The position numbers and the translations under genes were made by a program. A stretch of DNA of 64,000 nt, from NCBI GenBank assembly GCA_002494645.1, contig DACE01000010.1, positions 80,559-144,558 on the forward strand, written 5' to 3'. The number at the start of each line of letters is the position of its first letter. Within the stretch, counting starts at the first letter, position 1. Below the pieces are notes generated by a model that had not been told where the DNA came from, did no database searches, and worked only from the letters and a program-made list of their open reading frames with translations. Source of the stretch: Euryarchaeota archaeon UBA256. GTDB lineage: Archaea; Thermoplasmatota; Poseidoniia; Poseidoniales; Poseidoniaceae. Of this stretch, positions 9,748 to 19,660 are shown in pieces.

Positions 9748-11117
9748 GTATGTACCTAATTTCTGTCGAAGGAGGCGACGGTTCGGGAAAAGGTGAAGCT
9801 GCCCGAATATTGGGTGAATTACTGAGTGAATTCCCTTTCCCGGAAGTCGTGATGACCCATGAGCCCCGACGCCATAGCGAACTGGGAAAGCTTGCGCTTT
9901 CCTCGGTCAAACTTGGAGACAAGACCCCTCTGGAAGAAGCAGGCCTCTTTGCCGCAGACCGTTTGGACCATTCTCACACCATCATCCGGCCACTGCTCGC
10001 ATCAGGAGCAGTGGTCATCTCTGACCGAAACATCCACTCGTCGCTCATCTACCAGGGTGTTGTGGGAGACTTAGGTCTTGAAAATGTAGCCAAAATGAAT
10101 GCTGCAGCGATGATTCCCGACCTTGTATTCTGGATTGACTGCGACCCTGCGAAAGCCATGAAGCGCATAAAGTCTGGAACATTGCGGATGACCAGTCAAA
10201 AGCAGGAATATTTTGAAACTCAAGAAATTCAAACAACCATACGCAAGGGATTTCATGAACTGTTTGGCGAAGGAAGCACCGTCCCCGCCCCATTCAATCA
10301 ATGCCACGTGGTTGGCCCCATCATGAACGAAGGTGGCCTTGACGAATTGCGTAAAGACTTGCGAGCCGAACTCCGCCGGTTCTTCAACCGCAAACCGGCA
10401 CCTCTCAATGTTGACAGGGACGAAGTCGACCGCACCTTACTCAACCGGCTTGTTCATGATGTCAAAAAGCAGCAACGTTTACCGGGTGCACCGCAAGAAA
10501 AAACTGCGATTCACGTCGGGTGGTTAGGTGGGAAATCCCCAGCACAATGGATGGAGGATGCAGAAGAGCATTGGCCGCTGGAGTCCGCTCAAGACCATGA
10601 TGTTCCTACCTCGCCCATGGCCCATTCTTGCTGGTCAATTCTTGGCACACTGTCCCTGATGGTTGGTTCGAGTGAGGTTCCTCGTTTGCATGCCTCTCTT
10701 GGCCCCGTCAGAATGGTGACGCAGCGTCATACACAACGATTGATCAAATGGCTTCTCGCTGAACATTGGATCCACAAACAGCAAAATCATGTGCCCTTTG
10801 CAGATGCTCAACTGTTCAAACTTCGTGATGAACGATTGGGCTTCTCACGGCTTACCTTGGCCATGTGGCCACTTCGCAACGCTCTCGCCTCCTGGCGAAG
10901 AGCAAATCCTGACGCCTCATGGTCCAATGCACTCGAGGCCATCTTTGCTGTTGAAGAAGGAAAAGGACTCTCGTCAACACTGAGAAAAGCAATCCTCGAT
11001 ATCAATCAACGCTTATCCATTCTCACCAGTGGACATGAAGGATGTCCTTTGCCTCAAACAGCAGCAGAATTGATTGTTTGGTGGTCGATGCCTCCGCCGA
11101 ATCATTCCGATTCTTGA
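9744..11117 (+). CDS. tmk: Thymidylate kinase with about 240-aa C-terminal extension
   Basis: ISVEGGDGSGKG P-loop, THEP, LFAADRLDH, VISDR, SSLIYQG, PDLVFWID motifs. Confidence 0.88.
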   Translation: MSMYLISVEGGDGSGKGEAARILGELLSEFPFPEVVMTHEPRRHSELGKLALSSVKLGDKTPLEEAGLFAADRLDHSHTIIRPLLASGAVVISDRNIHSSLIYQGVVGDLGLENVAKMNAAAMIPDLVFWIDCDPAKAMKRIKSGTLRMTSQKQEYFETQEIQTTIRKGFHELFGEGSTVPAPFNQCHVVGPIMNEGGLDELRKDLRAELRRFFNRKPAPLNVDRDEVDRTLLNRLVHDVKKQQRLPGAPQEKTAIHVGWLGGKSPAQWMEDAEEHWPLESAQDHDVPTSPMAHSCWSILGTLSLMVGSSEVPRLHASLGPVRMVTQRHTQRLIKWLLAEHWIHKQQNHVPFADAQLFKLRDERLGFSRLTLAMWPLRNALASWRRANPDASWSNALEAIFAVEEGKGLSSTLRKAILDINQRLSILTSGHEGCPLPQTAAELIVWWSMPPPNHSDS

Positions 11118-11899
11118 GTTGCCGGGGTGCTGGCCAATACAAACTTGGCATCACCGGGGAGAAGAACTTCTCCAGCCCCAACAAAAGCGTCTGCTCTTGC
11201 TGCAAACATACCACACATCAAGATTCCAAGACCAAATCCAAACGGCAAGCCCGTGAGAATACGCTTGAGATTATTCGATTCATAACTGGTCAACAACTGG
11301 AGAAAGCCATCAAAAATCAGAGGTAAGCACAGAAGAAGCCCGCATCCAATCCAGAGCAGCGTCCTTCGGTTGTTTTTGTAGGTCGACTGAAGCATGGACT
11401 CCGGGAGGACCGAGAGGCAAGTATCACGAACTGTCCAACGGTTCCATCCCCGTTGAGTGAACATGAGCCCACCGAAGAGCATCCCTGCGAAAATTCCCAA
11501 ATCTCTCGTGCAGACCGGAAGTTGATTGCCGTTTAACTCCCACGAGCGTTCAGACTTTTGGTGACAGTTCAAGTCGCCAAAGGCGTATGCAAAAGCTGCA
11601 TAGGGGTTCATTTCACTCCAATGATATCCTTCGTTCACAAGATCTCCGTCTTGATTTTGAGTAATGGCTTCGTTCCCAGATGAACCCCAGCCTTCTTCGT
11701 CATAGAAATCAAAGGCATTTGCTCGCCCTTCCACATTGGACACTGTCCCTGGCTCTAGAGTTAAGGGTGCTAGGAAAAAAGAAAGGAAAATGAAACCACA
11801 AACCCCGAGAATCCAACGGCCAATCTTTTTTTCACGCTCACGGTGGGCAAGGCCATTGCGCTCCATGACCAGCCCAAGCGAAATAAGCGTATCAGTCAT
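11102..11899 (-). CDS. DUF2085-like predicted membrane protein
   Basis: CHQKSERS...NQLPVCTRDLGI...DG..QL...YESNN..RILTG motifs typical of DUF2085. Confidence 0.8.
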   Translation of the reverse strand: MTDTLISLGLVMERNGLAHREREKKIGRWILGVCGFIFLSFFLAPLTLEPGTVSNVEGRANAFDFYDEEGWGSSGNEAITQNQDGDLVNEGYHWSEMNPYAAFAYAFGDLNCHQKSERSWELNGNQLPVCTRDLGIFAGMLFGGLMFTQRGWNRWTVRDTCLSVLPESMLQSTYKNNRRTLLWIGCGLLLCLPLIFDGFLQLLTSYESNNLKRILTGLPFGFGLGILMCGMFAARADAFVGAGEVLLPGDAKFVLASTPATQESE

Positions 11900-11907
11900 T
11901 CCCTACC

Positions 11908-12579
11908 ATGAGCAAGTCTTCAATGGTCGGCCAACGTAGCCGCTCCATGGCCGAGCCACTCACCCCGAGGATTGGGTTGTTAACCGGCCTCCAGGCAGGC
12001 GCTTTCATCGGCCTCTTCCTTGGATTTTCACTCGCCGTCGTTTCTGCCTTAACCAATCCCGATGCCCTCAAGCGTTTGGTCCAGTTGATGTGCATCACAC
12101 CCCTCGCTTGCGCCGTTCTCTTGGGTCCACTTCTCGGACTTCGTCGCGCCCCGATGGTCAGCACAGAAGACCCCTTAGGTGAAGTCAGAAAAACCCTCGA
12201 TGGTTTCAGCGAAGGTCAAGGACGTTGGCGGTCCTTAAGTCACGTGCGAAGCGACGGAAGGACCGTACGTATTGATTTGCACAATTCCAAGCAACCCTTG
12301 GCAATTGTAGCAGCCAGCATTGCCATGACCGACCGATTCCCGATACGATACATCGTCGGACGTGGTGAAACAAGAAGCCGTGAGCCGATGCTGCGTGGCC
12401 AAGTGTTGGCTTTCATTGAACAGCGTGTTGACTTAAATCGAAGACGCCGAACCTCATCATCCATTGAAGTCCTCCCTGCATCCATTATTGAACACATGGA
12501 AGCAACCCATCATATGCATCGCCGCCTCTTCTACCTTTTACCCATCATCCTGTTCTTCGCATGGCTAGAGATGCGCTGA
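11908..12579 (+). CDS. Membrane protein with Smr-like soluble domain
   Basis: Two N-terminal TM helices, RIDLHN...IRYIVGRG...LRGQV, one C-terminal TM helix; start may be 11947. Confidence 0.6.
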   Translation: MSKSSMVGQRSRSMAEPLTPRIGLLTGLQAGAFIGLFLGFSLAVVSALTNPDALKRLVQLMCITPLACAVLLGPLLGLRRAPMVSTEDPLGEVRKTLDGFSEGQGRWRSLSHVRSDGRTVRIDLHNSKQPLAIVAASIAMTDRFPIRYIVGRGETRSREPMLRGQVLAFIEQRVDLNRRRRTSSSIEVLPASIIEHMEATHHMHRRLFYLLPIILFFAWLEMR

Positions 12580-12622
12580 TGGCCGCGCAAGAGGCTATGA
12601 GGGAGGGCTACCTGCCTCATCC

Positions 12623-13615
12623 ATGGCCAACGATATCGGGCGTGCAATGGCCCGATTAAAGCATCGAGATGTACGTACTCGAAGACGAGCCGTTCGTACG
12701 CTTTTTGAGCAAGACGACCCACAATCACTCGAAGCCTTTGAGTTTCTTCTGGATGATGAAGACCCATGGTTCGTTTCAAAGGCACTCGAAGCGTATCGTA
12801 TGTGGAGTCAAACTCAGGGAGCAGACTCCGTTAAAACGCTGCTCAACCATGCTTCTATTGATGTGAGAAGAGTTGGTGCAAACCTCTTGGCCTCTCATGG
12901 CGAAGATGGGGCTGCTATCGCTCTTTCCTGTCTCGATGACCCTGATGGAGTGGTCCAAAAGAAGGCTGCACAAGCCCTTCTCCTTCATCCGTCTGAACAA
13001 GGACTTGAGGCTTTACTCAATCATCAACATGAAAGCATCATCTGTATCGGGATGCGCCATCCCAAGCTCGTGCTTGCTCAAGTTAAACAAGGGCTAACCC
13101 ATGATTCAAAAATGGTTAGAACTGCTGCACTATCGGCGGTCTTCGAGCATCATTTCCCCATCGATTTTGAATTGTTGAAGACATTTTTTGATGAAGACAT
13201 TGAAACAGTGAACATTGTCATTTGGATGGCGCAGGAACGACCTGAACAATTGGATGCCTTCACGCAACAAATCAAACCTCACCATGTACGAGAACTCGCG
13301 ATTTACCTGCGCAAGAATGTACAAGATTCCAACCACACCTTGGTTACTTCACTCGTGGAAGCGGGTGTACTCTCTCCAGTCGCCCGATGGTTGCTGATTC
13401 AAGGTTCAGATGAAGATGAATTACGATGGACGATGATTCAAGATGAACGTCTTGATGTGATTGAACGCTCAAAGTTACTCGAACGACTGATTGGAAGAGC
13501 GGGTGAATCCGACGTCCAGGCACAAGTTGAGGCTTTCATGGAATCAAGCCCCCATCCATTGCTTCTGGTAGCGTGCGAGAACCTATCAACCGCCGCAACT
13601 GAACTTCGCTCATGA
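12623..13615 (+). CDS. HEAT-repeat protein
   Basis: Repeated LxDxDxxVR/VQxxAxxAL-type units (DVRTRRRAV, DEDPWFVSKAL, DDPDGVVQKKAA, DSKMVRTAAL). Confidence 0.8.
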   Translation: MANDIGRAMARLKHRDVRTRRRAVRTLFEQDDPQSLEAFEFLLDDEDPWFVSKALEAYRMWSQTQGADSVKTLLNHASIDVRRVGANLLASHGEDGAAIALSCLDDPDGVVQKKAAQALLLHPSEQGLEALLNHQHESIICIGMRHPKLVLAQVKQGLTHDSKMVRTAALSAVFEHHFPIDFELLKTFFDEDIETVNIVIWMAQERPEQLDAFTQQIKPHHVRELAIYLRKNVQDSNHTLVTSLVEAGVLSPVARWLLIQGSDEDELRWTMIQDERLDVIERSKLLERLIGRAGESDVQAQVEAFMESSPHPLLLVACENLSTAATELRS

Positions 13616-15426
13616 GCAGCAAGCATTCGGGCCTCATCTTCACCGCAGATGCAACAAATGGACAGAATCATCATTTGGCCACAGGCCTGCACATTGAGGG
13701 GCCGTTCACCTCCACGCGTCTCATTCTTCGATTTCCTCGATGGGTGCCCGGGTCATATTTCCTAAGGGAACCGATTCAACATATGTTTGATTTTGAGGCC
13801 GTAGATCAAAATGAAAAACAACTTACGTGGAAACGAATTGATGTCGATGGTATTGCAGTCAATGTACCAAAATCCGTGACGTCCTTGCATGTAAAATACA
13901 CCCTTTTCGCCAAGGAATTATCCGTTCGTTCCAATCACTTAGACCCTACACATCTTCACCTGATGCCTCCATTCACGTGGTTTCTTCCGGAGCGAGGGAT
14001 TGACCTCAAACGGTTGAATCAAACCCACGGCGTCGAGATTACTGCCCCTGAGACTTGGACGCCAGCAACGCAATTGGATGCTGTTGAAAACATCGCAAAA
14101 GGTGAGGCACGGCTTTGGAAGTTCACAACACCTAACCGGGATCATTTGCTTGACAGCATCATTGAGGTGAACCCTAACGATGCAATTCGGTATGTAGTGG
14201 ATGGAAGAGTTCACCAGTTGAAATGGTGGGACAGTGGCGGACATCAACCCCATCCAAAGCGACTGCAGGCCTTCGTAGAGGACACCGAACGAATCGTCAA
14301 GGAGCATTTTGCCTTATTCGGGGCACCGGACTGGCCCGATTATACCACCGTACTTCACCTCACAGAGAAAGCACGAGGTGGTCTGGAGCATATGAATTCA
14401 CAAACTTCAATGATGCCACGGCAATGCCTTTTCCCTCACCATGAAGACGAATACAGGGACCTTGTGAGCCTCTTCTCACACGAATACCTCCATCAATGGA
14501 ACGTCAAACGATTACGACCCAAGAATTTTATCGACTATGATCTGCAAAAAGAGACCCATACTGATTTACTTTGGTGGTTCGAAGGAGGCACATCATGGCT
14601 GGGTGACATGCTCTGCGTGCGTTCGGGAGCATGGAGCGAGGAAGATTGGCGTAAGGACTTCGCCCGCAAAATGAAGCGTCACATGCAGAGCAACGGCATG
14701 ACCAGAGAATCCCTCGCAGAGTCAAGTCATGATGCGTGGATACACCTCTATAGAAGCGGACCTTACTCTCGTGAGAGCCAAATATCCTACTATCTTGAAG
14801 GGGAATTGGCCCTCATGTGCCTCGACGTGGAATTACGTCGACGAAGTAAAGGCGAATTTGGGGCTTGCAACCTCATCGCAGAAGTGTGTCGGCGCTTCTC
14901 CTTAGGAAGTGATTCAGCCGAAGGCGTTGGCGTGGATTATACCACGATTCGAGAGACGCTCAAAGAGGCCCCTGGAGGTAGTTCAATGGGCCCCTATCTC
15001 GACCGACTGGTCAAGCATCGCCATGCCCCAAATATCCTTCACGCCCTGAAGTATTTCCGCCTACAATTGGCTCCCGATGGGAAGGATTCCGAGGAAAAGG
15101 CATGGCTGGGAATCAACACACGGGAACAAAACGGTAGCGTCCAAATCACTACGTACCACTCGGATTCACCCTTGCGCCAGCTCACTCAAGTCGGCGACGA
15201 AATACTTGCAATCGATAGCGTGAGAGTCCGGTCCACGTCACATTTGCAAAACTTACTGAAAGGAAGAATCGGCGATTCAGTGACTCTTGAAATGACCCAT
15301 GAGGGCATCTTGCGCGAGATAACCCTCGAATTACCACCCTCACCTCGCCATGGAGTGATGCTCAAAGGCAAAGGCAATGCCCGCTGGGCGGAGTGGATTA
15401 TGAGCCGTCAAACGATGGAAGAGTGA
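13612..15426 (+). CDS. M61 glycyl aminopeptidase with C-terminal PDZ domain
   Basis: PRWVPGSY, GGLEH, SHEYLHQWNVKRLRP, LWWFEG, SYY..G motifs; WLGI...GDEILAID PDZ; ATGA overlap with the HEAT gene. Confidence 0.92.
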   Translation: MSSKHSGLIFTADATNGQNHHLATGLHIEGPFTSTRLILRFPRWVPGSYFLREPIQHMFDFEAVDQNEKQLTWKRIDVDGIAVNVPKSVTSLHVKYTLFAKELSVRSNHLDPTHLHLMPPFTWFLPERGIDLKRLNQTHGVEITAPETWTPATQLDAVENIAKGEARLWKFTTPNRDHLLDSIIEVNPNDAIRYVVDGRVHQLKWWDSGGHQPHPKRLQAFVEDTERIVKEHFALFGAPDWPDYTTVLHLTEKARGGLEHMNSQTSMMPRQCLFPHHEDEYRDLVSLFSHEYLHQWNVKRLRPKNFIDYDLQKETHTDLLWWFEGGTSWLGDMLCVRSGAWSEEDWRKDFARKMKRHMQSNGMTRESLAESSHDAWIHLYRSGPYSRESQISYYLEGELALMCLDVELRRRSKGEFGACNLIAEVCRRFSLGSDSAEGVGVDYTTIRETLKEAPGGSSMGPYLDRLVKHRHAPNILHALKYFRLQLAPDGKDSEEKAWLGINTREQNGSVQITTYHSDSPLRQLTQVGDEILAIDSVRVRSTSHLQNLLKGRIGDSVTLEMTHEGILREITLELPPSPRHGVMLKGKGNARWAEWIMSRQTMEE

Positions 15427-15859
15427 GTAATTCCTCAAGAGAAATGAAGATTGGGGGCGTATCATCTGCCATTGTATGGCGGCTGGTCTTTGGTGGAAAT
15501 AATTCATCTGAGAGACTCATCTCAATCACATCTTCTTTGGTCAAACGGTCACGCCCGCACCCTGGCCACACGTCAACAACAATTGAGTCGTTGGCCATGT
15601 AGTCAACACAAATTGCTGGTACACGTTGGAGATCAAGGAGTTGAGCGATTGAAAAGCGGTGATGGCCATCTAAGATGGCTCCAGTTCGCTGGTCTACGAT
15701 GAGAGGTTTGGTATAACCTCCCCAACGGCGGGTCATGTCCAGCAATTTATCGCGATTGCGCGATTTGACTTCTTCGTGAGGCTTGAGCCAAGAAACAGGG
15801 ACGAGTTCGACATCCTCTTCAGACCATTCCATAGAGGGGCCGCAGTAGTATTGTGCCAT
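15398..15859 (-). CDS. ParB/Srx-fold protein, SerK/SbnI-like (short form)
   Basis: LKPHE, KPLIVD, ILDGHHR, VDY, TKEDV, FPPKTSRH motifs. Confidence 0.75.
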   Translation of the reverse strand: MAQYYCGPSMEWSEEDVELVPVSWLKPHEEVKSRNRDKLLDMTRRWGGYTKPLIVDQRTGAILDGHHRFSIAQLLDLQRVPAICVDYMANDSIVVDVWPGCGRDRLTKEDVIEMSLSDELFPPKTSRHTMADDTPPIFISLEELLTLPSFDGS

Positions 15860-15905
15860 AATGCTTTTTCAACCAAAGCGAAACATGTCAACAAGAGGAG
15901 AGCGT

Positions 15906-17270
15906 ATGGAGTTACCCAAACCGTTACGCTTGGCCAAGGAAGCTGACCTGGTTGGTGAGCCCTGTCCGCCAAACCTTTTGCGCTGGCTGGCTACCATTCC
16001 TTCGAGAGTCATTGAAATCCTTGACCTTCTCGCTGAACACAATCATGGTGCTTGGTTGGTGGGTGGTTGCGTGCGTGACGCATGGTTTGGTGACGATGTC
16101 GGTGACATCGATATCTGCAGCACCTGCCCTCCCGAAGAGATGATGAGATTGTTTGGCAGTGATGCTATTCCCACAGGAGTTGATTTTGGAACCGTGACCA
16201 TCAAAGGCGATGGTGAACATTTCGAAGTCACCACACTTCGTAGCGAATCACAATATCGCGATGGGCGACGTCCTGAGCGAGTCGATTGGGGCACCTCTCT
16301 CAAGGAAGACCTCTCACGACGGGATTTCACCATCAATAGCATGGCGGTTGATGTCGCTCGCGGATTGCTCTATGACCCCTACGATGGAAAGGCGGATATG
16401 GAAGCAAGCACCATACGTGCTGTTGGTAATGCGAAACTCCGATGTGAAGAAGACGCTTTGAGAATTCTGCGTGCGTATCGATTCCTTGAGCGCGGCACGG
16501 GTCAACGTTGGAACATGACCGCTGCTCTTGAAGAGGCAATTCGCCTTCACCGTAAGCGATTGGATATGGTTGCAGTTGAACGCCGTTGGAATGAAGTCAG
16601 AAAAATATTGTTGGGGGCTGGAGCCGGTGGGATTCTTCACAAAATGATGGTTGATGGCGTATTGAAGTACATTTTTCCACATTGTCACTTCATCAGCCCG
16701 TTCATTTTTGATGCCCTGGACCATCAGGAATTGAAGGATTTAACAGTTCCCCAGCGGCTTTCGCTCCTTCTGGTTGAATACAAAACAAAAGAAGTATTTG
16801 AAGCGCTTAAATTTTTGAAAACTTCAAGGGATCTCATTCAGAACACAAGCCGTTTCCATGAGAGGTTGTCACACCTCCCCAACACGATGACTGGTGAATT
16901 AAGGGTGTTCCGATATTGCCTCGAAAACGATGCATTAGCACACTTGGCCGTACGCAAGCTGTTGTCCAATACGGAGGTCACCATCCATGGATTACCCCAA
17001 GCGAAGAATGATGACATCGACAATCTCATTGAGATGTGGAACACTCTGCAGGCTCCAAAGGCACCACCGCAATGCTTGGTAGACGGACACTGGATCATGG
17101 CCCGAAGTGGAGTCAGTCAGGGTATTCGCCTGGGCAGGTTGAAGGATTGGCTTCACCGAATTCAAATCGAAAAAGACATTGATGAAAGGTCAAAACTTGA
17201 ACATGAATTATCCCTTCTCCCCTTTAGCCATGGTGACCATGAGCACTGGCCAAAGTTGGAATTCCCATGA
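15906..17270 (+). CDS. cca: Class II (bacterial-type) tRNA nucleotidyltransferase / CCA-adding enzyme
   Basis: LVGGCVRD, DIDI, EVTTLR, DLSRRDFTINSMA, EDALRILRAYRF, ER motifs; ORF open from 15861. Confidence 0.88.
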   Translation: MELPKPLRLAKEADLVGEPCPPNLLRWLATIPSRVIEILDLLAEHNHGAWLVGGCVRDAWFGDDVGDIDICSTCPPEEMMRLFGSDAIPTGVDFGTVTIKGDGEHFEVTTLRSESQYRDGRRPERVDWGTSLKEDLSRRDFTINSMAVDVARGLLYDPYDGKADMEASTIRAVGNAKLRCEEDALRILRAYRFLERGTGQRWNMTAALEEAIRLHRKRLDMVAVERRWNEVRKILLGAGAGGILHKMMVDGVLKYIFPHCHFISPFIFDALDHQELKDLTVPQRLSLLLVEYKTKEVFEALKFLKTSRDLIQNTSRFHERLSHLPNTMTGELRVFRYCLENDALAHLAVRKLLSNTEVTIHGLPQAKNDDIDNLIEMWNTLQAPKAPPQCLVDGHWIMARSGVSQGIRLGRLKDWLHRIQIEKDIDERSKLEHELSLLPFSHGDHEHWPKLEFP

Positions 17271-17317
17271 ATCAATGACGGCATCAAATTGATGTGAGCG
17301 TTGGTCCTGCACCTACC

Positions 17318-18373
17318 ATGAGCGGAACCATCATACTCCCTGAACAGGAAGTCTTTAACGCACGCGTCAGTGCAATTCAGTCGCGGATCACGGCCATCAG
17401 TGGACAAAATAGAATGGCCAAACTTCTCAACGACAATTTCCGTAATTGGCTAGCAAGTTCATCCATGTCACCGCTCAATCTCACGTTGGAGTTGGATAAA
17501 GACAGTAATGGCCTGATTTCAGGAGAGGAGTTTGCGGGGTTGCTCGGTAAAATGACCGGTGAACGCCCACCAGATTGGGTCATTGAATTGGTGTTTTCTT
17601 TCGTAGAGGCGAAGCCCGAAACGGGGATTCCTCTCGCAGACTGGATGGCATTCATGGCGGCAAATGGATTGGAAGTACCCGAGGAATTGTTCAGGAAAAA
17701 GGTAGAAATTACTGGAACCATCCGCACTACTGCGGAAGAATTCGATGTCGAGGATAAGATTTCTGTGACCGTTGAGTTTTCCGACAGGGTCGAAGGATAC
17801 TCCATCAAGGCCACAGAAACTGAAAGCGGCCAAGTTGAAGAATTCTTTACTCCCGTGACAGATATGACCTCGCCTACGGCAGATCAATTCACTCTTGACC
17901 CTGATGAAGTAGGGCGCTATCAAGTCGAACTCATCCATCTTGGTGCTCGCCTTGACATGGTGAACATGAACATCGTTCAACCGGTTGAAGAGGAAATTGA
18001 GGTCGAAGAACCAGAGCCATCTCATTCTACGGAAGAGCCTCAGGAAGATGTGGTGGTGGTGGACGAAGGACTGGCAGGATTCATCACCCATCTGGAAAGC
18101 ACGAAGCTCAAGAGCGAGGCCCGTGCTATCATCAACAAAAGTTCCGCCTACAAAATTGACGGGATGATCAAATCCACTGCGACGACGCTCTTGGGTGATG
18201 GAGCACACAGAAATGGAACGACTCTTGCTTGTGAAATCGGAGAGGGATTTGTTTTGGAAATCATGATGAAAAACGGAGAGCGAGCGTTTGAAGCCGGACA
18301 GTTGACTTCGATTCAAGCAATGCCGCATGATTGGTCTGTGGCAACTCGCAGATTGACGTGTAAGGAACTCTAG
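17318..18373 (+). CDS. EF-hand-containing multidomain protein
   Basis: Canonical loop DKDSNGLISGEE followed by a degenerate second hand, a beta-rich middle, an acidic linker and a beta-rich C-terminal domain. Confidence 0.65.
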   Translation: MSGTIILPEQEVFNARVSAIQSRITAISGQNRMAKLLNDNFRNWLASSSMSPLNLTLELDKDSNGLISGEEFAGLLGKMTGERPPDWVIELVFSFVEAKPETGIPLADWMAFMAANGLEVPEELFRKKVEITGTIRTTAEEFDVEDKISVTVEFSDRVEGYSIKATETESGQVEEFFTPVTDMTSPTADQFTLDPDEVGRYQVELIHLGARLDMVNMNIVQPVEEEIEVEEPEPSHSTEEPQEDVVVVDEGLAGFITHLESTKLKSEARAIINKSSAYKIDGMIKSTATTLLGDGAHRNGTTLACEIGEGFVLEIMMKNGERAFEAGQLTSIQAMPHDWSVATRRLTCKEL

Positions 18374-18378
18374 AAAAG

Positions 18379-19548
18379 TTACTTGAGCGCTCGAGCGATA
18401 ACGATGCGCTGAACTTCTTGGGTACCTTCATAGATTTGCGTAATCTTAGCATCTCTAAAGAAACGCTCTACGGGGAATTCCTTCGTGTAGCCATATCCCC
18501 CAAGCACTTGGATGGCGCGCTCAGAAACCCACATCGCCGTATCTCCAGCGAATAATTTGGCCATGCTCGCTTCACGCGAGTGCCGTGGACCATCGGCGTG
18601 GTAGTGCTGTTCCTTTGTCCATGCCGCCTTGTAGACCATCAATCGGGCCGCATCAATCTGTGTGGCCATGTCGGCGAGGTAGGCCATGATCATTTGGTGG
18701 TGGGCGATTGGCTTACCGAAAGCCTCGCGCTCATGAGCATATTTCAAAGCAGATTCATAGGCACCTTGGGCAATACCCAATGCCTGTGCTGCAATACCAA
18801 TTCGACTGTTATCAAGAGCATTCATGGCAATGGGGAAACCGTTGCCCACACCTTTGATGACATTTTCAACGGGCACTTTGCAATCTTTGAGAATGAGCGT
18901 GCAGGTATCGGATGAGCGAATGCCGAGTTTGTCCTCTTTCTTCCCTACAGAATAGCCTTCAAACGCTGCGTCGACGATAAATGCGGTTGTGCCACCATGC
19001 TTCTTGACTCCGTAATCGGGGTGGTCAACATCTTTGGCAAAGAGGACGAGAAGTTGGGCTTGAGCTCCGTTGGTGACCCACATCTTTTCCCCGTTGAGAA
19101 TGTAGTGCGTTCCATCTTCGGAGAGTTTGGCTTTGCAGGACATGGCTGCAGCATCAGTGCCAGCGCCTGCTTCTGAAAGTGAGTATGCCCCTACTTCCCC
19201 TGCTGCAAGTCTTGGGAGGTATGTTTTCTTTTGATGTTCGTCTCCGTGAAGGGCGATTGTCATTGAGCACAAGCCCACGTGAACACAAAACATTACGGCA
19301 AAAGAGGGGTCGACGCGTGCAAGTTCTTCGATGATGATGGCTTCGGAGATATCGTCAATCGGAGATCCCCCGTATGCTTCTGGAATCGTAATACCATGGA
19401 GGCCGTATTCAAGGAAACTTTGCCATTCTTCGCTTGGCGGGATTTGGTTTTGGTCTCGATGTTCAACCGTTGGAGCGAGAACTGTTTCTGCGAAGTCGCG
19501 AACCATCTCTCGAATCATTTCTTGTTCGTCGGTTTCACCAAAATTCAC
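18379..19548 (-). CDS. Acyl-CoA dehydrogenase
   Basis: YSLSEAGAGTD, LNGEKMWVTNG, KLGIR, RIGIAAQALG, REAFGKPI, QVLGGYGY, IYEGTQEVQR; GTG 19548 with GGTGAG SD. Confidence 0.95.
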   Translation of the reverse strand: MNFGETDEQEMIREMVRDFAETVLAPTVEHRDQNQIPPSEEWQSFLEYGLHGITIPEAYGGSPIDDISEAIIIEELARVDPSFAVMFCVHVGLCSMTIALHGDEHQKKTYLPRLAAGEVGAYSLSEAGAGTDAAAMSCKAKLSEDGTHYILNGEKMWVTNGAQAQLLVLFAKDVDHPDYGVKKHGGTTAFIVDAAFEGYSVGKKEDKLGIRSSDTCTLILKDCKVPVENVIKGVGNGFPIAMNALDNSRIGIAAQALGIAQGAYESALKYAHEREAFGKPIAHHQMIMAYLADMATQIDAARLMVYKAAWTKEQHYHADGPRHSREASMAKLFAGDTAMWVSERAIQVLGGYGYTKEFPVERFFRDAKITQIYEGTQEVQRIVIARALK

Positions 19549-19660
19549 TCGCTCACCATTCCTTCCCACATAGCCGAGTTTCTTAACCCGTTTGTTTGAT
19601 TTGTGAAACACGCCATTCCTCAAGTTCATATACCACGTGAGAAAGGCGCGAGTAGGAGAG

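Noticed and set aside
17519-18328. 269-aa minus-strand ORF
   Set aside because: Antisense to the acidic EF-hand gene; Phe/His-rich shadow composition.
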